Assembly: GCF_001194135.2 (NCBI RefSeq) | Contig: NC_068993.1 | Coordinates: forward strand, 38,887,011-38,924,641 | DNA length: 37,631 nucleotides | Direction: 5' to 3' | Source of the DNA: Octopus bimaculoides | Taxonomy: Eukaryota | In this document: one piece after another, positions 33,817 to 37,631 of the stretch | Layout: each line of letters begins with the position of its first letter | Numbering within the stretch: the first letter of the stretch is position 1 | The notes under the pieces: model-generated | Database searches by the model: none | What the model was told of the DNA's origin: nothing | What the model saw: the letters and a program-made list of their open reading frames with translations, nothing else | Translations under genes and position numbers: made by a program

Positions 33817-34394
33817 TATATATATATATGAGTTAGTAGACAAACGAAGGCACTCAACACATTTATTATTGGCTGTTACATGTATGGATCAAAACAGCAC
33901 ACACATACACACACACGTAGATTTTTGTTCGTAAATTTAAGCAATGTATTTATTGTATTCCACCTCGCGTTGCTTTGCAATCACTTCAACATCCGATACG
34001 AAACGCAACAAGCACCTGTACAGACAATGTTTATTTGATGGGTGTAGTGAGTTAGTATACAGTACAAGCATTTCATCGTTGTAGATTGTTCAGCAAGAAC
34101 TTGTAAAAACCTCATCTTTAATAAATAAACAAGAAAATAAATAAATAAATAAGAACAATTTTAAATACGACGATATATATTCATGAAAAGCACATAGACT
34201 TCAAATGTTACTTCGAGTTTTAAAACCCTGTGATCTCTGATGAATTTTGATGTTAACCTCAGATTGCAGAATCTGAGGGCAAAATGTTAGCAACGTCTTT
34301 AGAGTTGGAGAATTATGTTAACTTTGATCTAGTACTGACGTACTACGAACTAAATTTATCATTCATTTACATAATGTCTTAAGTTCAATCCCTC

Positions 34395-34650
34395 TACGCA
34401 GCATCGTGGGAAAATGTCTTCTACTATAGCCCCGGGTCGACCGATGTCTTGTGTATGAACTTGGAAGACAGAAACTCTCTATGTGTCGCGTGTATCTTTG
34501 TGTTTGACCCTACCCCTTGTTGGTGTGTTTAGCGTTCGGCTAAAGAGACCGATGGAATCAGTATCTGGCATCAAAATAAGTTCTGATGACGATTTCTTCG
34601 AAACTATTCAAAACACGGCTGCAGTCCAATGACCGAAACAAATAAACGAA
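34395..34650 (+). mobile_element. Old, degenerate SINE family A copy
   Basis: aaatgtcttctactatagcccgggtcgaccga...gttcggctaaagagaccgat...gcagtccaatgaccgaaacaaataa. Confidence 0.65.
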
Positions 34651-34920
34651 AGATAAAACAATATCTGAGATTTTTGCTGCTACTACACATATACACACAC
34701 GTACATACACACACATGCACGCACACACGCACACCACACAGACATACGCACATACAGAAAAAACACGCACAAACAGTTTCACGCACAAAGACACACATAC
34801 ATACACATTTTAAGCGACAATCTCAACAAAAAATATTATTTCAAGTGAAAAGAAAAATGCTTTCGACTAATTGCCAAAGAATAACTTCCCCGAAAGGCCA
34901 CAATCATTGGTTTAGACCAG

Positions 34921-34976
34921 CTTCTTCTTCTTCTTCTTCTTCTTCTTCTTCTTCTTCTTCTTCTTCTTCTTCTTCT

Positions 34977-35014
<38 letters not shown>
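34921..35014. repeat. (CTT)n-(CTG)n compound microsatellite
   Basis: Direct reading. Confidence 0.95.
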
Positions 35015-35016
<2 letters not shown>

Positions 35017-35318
35017 ACAATACAATGGCTCCTGTACCTTCACCTAGCAAATTGCATAGCACTTCCTGTCGAACTCGCTCGGTTGAACTCAAGGTATTTT
35101 TACGGGCATTTTTTTTTTTAAGGAGTGGGTAAGTTTAAAGATATTATGATATATGTAGCCTGCCTACCTCTTCTCATCACCGCTCATACTCAAACACCAT
35201 ACTCAAAACTTTGCCATGTCACTTTTTTTCCCCAGAACTGCAATCGCTATAAAACTCCACTATTCGCCATGTTATTTTCACATAACCGTCGACCCCAGCC
35301 CCTTCAAAGTCTAAATTA

Positions 35319-36580
35319 CACGACATGCATTTAAGAAGTTCTCAGACTTTTTCAGGAGAGATATTTATTAATGTCAAAGAAGAATAAAACTCTAACCTTC
35401 TTCAGAGTAAAATGATCTGACTTCAAATACACTTGCCGTAGCACTCCAGCCAATTGATAACCCCTGTTAAGTCTTCCTGCATCTTCATTCAACTTGTCAC
35501 AGGGAGCAAGGATTGGATTGTAGGGAGGTCGAGGAATAGTTTTAATGCCCGTCCTTGTGAAGCAGTCACCACTGAGCATCCTGGGTACAAGCTTTGCACA
35601 AATTTTTCGCATATTCGTAGGAGTGGCTGTATGGTAAGTAGCTTGCTTACCAGCCACATAGTTCCGGGTTCAGTCCCACTGCGTGGCACCTTGGGCAAGT
35701 GTCTTCTACTATAGCCTCGGGCCGACCAAAGCCTTGTGAGTGTATTTGGTAGACGGAAACTGAAAGAAGCCCGTCGTATATATATATATATGTATGTATG
35801 TGTGTGTATATGTTTGTGTGTCTGTGTTTGTCCCCCCAACATCGCTTGACAACCAATGCTGGTGTGTTTACGTCCCCAAGAGACCGATAGAATAAGTACT
35901 AGGCTTCCAAAGAATAAGTCCTGGGGTCGATTTGCTCGACTAAAGGCGGTGCTCCAGCATGGCTACAGTCAAATGACTGAAACAAGTAAAATAGTAAAAG
36001 AGTATGTTCAGATCTTCTTGAATAATACAGTGTACATTCGCCATATTAACTCCTTACTGTGTATTTATTGTCTATATAGACACACAACGGTCTTATTCCA
36101 TAAAATTGCGAATCGTCTCAACCAGTACTGATGTCCTGACATCTTTCTCCCTCCCATTCATTTCATCAGGTCTCACCTCTTCTTCCCCGCTTCACTGTCT
36201 TTGAACTTCTGCTAGCAAGAACGTTAAACCATAAGCGGTCTGGAGCACTTCATAAGGTTTTGTAGCGTTTTTGCCCATTTTAACACAGCTTATTGCATTG
36301 CGAGCTTCCAAACGTCCCGACTACTCACTGCAAACTATTCAACTGTAAAAAAGCAGTGTTTTATAAGGTGTGTTCTCTTCTTCCTACAAATCTCATCATT
36401 TCTCACCTCTTCTTCACCGTCCTTGAACTCCTTGTGCTAGTAAAAAATGTTCTTGTGCTAGCAAAGCAGTTTGGAGCATTTCATAAGCTTTTGTAACATT
36501 TCTGCACAGTTTATCACAAAACTTTATTGCATATCGAGCTTCCAAAAGTCCCGACTACAAACTGCAATCTAGTCAGCAGT
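35319..36580 (-). mobile_element. Mariner relic, internally deleted, interrupted by a SINE, 5' part duplicated
   Basis: Minus-strand pieces: LEARYAIKFCDKL..AYEMLQTA, HKEFKDGEEEVRNDE, VHCIIQEDLN | MRKICAKLVPRML, GIKTIPRPPYNPILAPCD; TIR-like ta-cacgacatgcatttaagaagtt at 35317. Confidence 0.85.
35617..36003 (+). mobile_element. SINE family A, full length (short internal deletion), inserted in the mariner ORF
   Basis: Complete head and tail; flanked by atattc (35611-35616) and atgttc (36004-36009). Confidence 0.92.
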
Positions 36581-36754
36581 GACTAGTAGTGTTGGTACTT
36601 ATTGGTATTCTTACCCCCCCCCCATTAAAAAATTGGGTTATCTCCCCACGATTTACGAGAAATGTTTTTGCCCTCAATAGAACAAAAAAGAAAAAAAATG
36701 AAGAAATTAATAAATATAGAAAATTAAGAGATAAAACATCGTTTGAATCTATTT

Positions 36755-36842
36755 TTTTTCTACTTGTTTCAGTCATTTGACTGCGGCCATGCTGGAGCAC
36801 CAACATGAGTCGAGCAAATCGACCCCAGGGCTTATTCTTTCT
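36755..36842 (-). mobile_element. SINE family A tail fragment
   Basis: tacttgtttcagtcatttgactgcggccatgctggagcacc...gaccccagg.cttattcttt. Confidence 0.85.
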
Positions 36843-36860
36843 ATATATATATATATGCTT

Positions 36861-36909
<49 letters not shown>

Positions 36910-37244
36910 ACACTCACATTTATGTATGCACATATGGGATTGTGTATTTGCATTGTCACAGTACTTGATAATATAATGTTGAACACAAATATCTGATTAT
37001 AATACAGTAATTATAAGCAAAGTGAATTGGCACATATGAAAATTGGCTGCAAAACAATTGCCCAGAGCATCATATTTAACACAGTAAACAAGCAAAGATT
37101 TCACGAGTGCTCCGTCATATTTTGAAATCAATTATATATCGTTATGCTTATCTCGTGTTAATTATCTGGGTAGTGATGTTTGTATTTTAAACGTTGAAAC
37201 AGCAGTAGAAATAATTAAATTTTGTGTTTTCACTACTATGCATG

Positions 37245-37280
<36 letters not shown>

Positions 37281-37631
37281 AGGAGGCGCAATGGCCTCGT
37301 GGTTAGGGCAGCAGACTCGCGGTCATAGGATCGCGGTTTCGATTCCCAAACCGGGCGTTGTGAGTGTTTATTGAGCGAAAACACCTAAAGCCCCACGAGG
37401 CTCCGGCAGGGGATGGTGGCGAACCCTGCTGTACTCTTCCACTACAACTTTCTCTCACTCTTACTTCCTGTTTCTGTTGTGCCTGTAGTTCAAAGGGTCA
37501 GCCTTGTCACACTGTGTCACGCTGAATGTCCCCGAGAACTACGTTAAGGGTACACGTGTCTGTAGAGTGCTCAGCCACCTGCACGTTAATTTCACGAGCA
37601 GGCTGTTACGATGATCGGATCAACTGGAACC
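37281..37631 (+). mobile_element. tRNA-derived SINE family C, tail type 2 (runs off the window)
   Basis: aggaggcgcaatggcctcgtggttaggg (A box) ... ggtttcgattccc (B box); body shared with 11727-11921 and tail shared with 27025-27170. Confidence 0.88.

Noticed and set aside
34583-34612. CTGATGA..GAAA as a hammerhead
   Set aside because: Arises from a degenerate family A SINE tail; stems do not pair.
37281-37350. tRNA genes at SINE heads (also 11850-11921, 27490-27554)
   Set aside because: A/B boxes continue into repeated SINE bodies; no complete cloverleaf or Pol III terminator seen.

Overview
AT-rich eukaryotic sequence saturated with (TA)n/(CA)n/(TCTA)n/trinucleotide microsatellites and broken by 11 N-gaps. 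The repeat families suggest an octopus (coleoid cephalopod) genome; this is inference from recalled repeat families, not a search. No host protein-coding gene can be confidently called: every long ORF in the track is translated microsatellite or N-gap, so the window looks intronic or intergenic. Supported content: (i) many tRNA-derived SINE copies in at least four families (a bipartite CORE-like family with an internal microsatellite, a Meta-domain family, a family with alternative 3' tails, and one more head type); (ii) decayed DNA transposons (a TIR-bounded DD37D/maT-like element, two mariner relics, a hAT-like MITE); (iii) RTE LINE 3' fragments; (iv) a 5'-truncated Penelope-like element (PLE) with a GIY-YIG endonuclease relic and a ~440-bp inverted terminal repeat. 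The most interesting signal is a set of minimal type I hammerhead ribozyme (HHR) motifs in unrelated contexts. One has an intact core and an unusually long stem II (14690-14781). A head-to-head pair lies in a 130-bp inverted repeat (3024-3306). There is a degenerate ultra-minimal copy (29921-29956) and four copies of a non-canonical GAAU-core look-alike. A few weak candidate exons or small ORFs are flagged only as leads. Many SINE boundaries are approximate (+/-10 nt).
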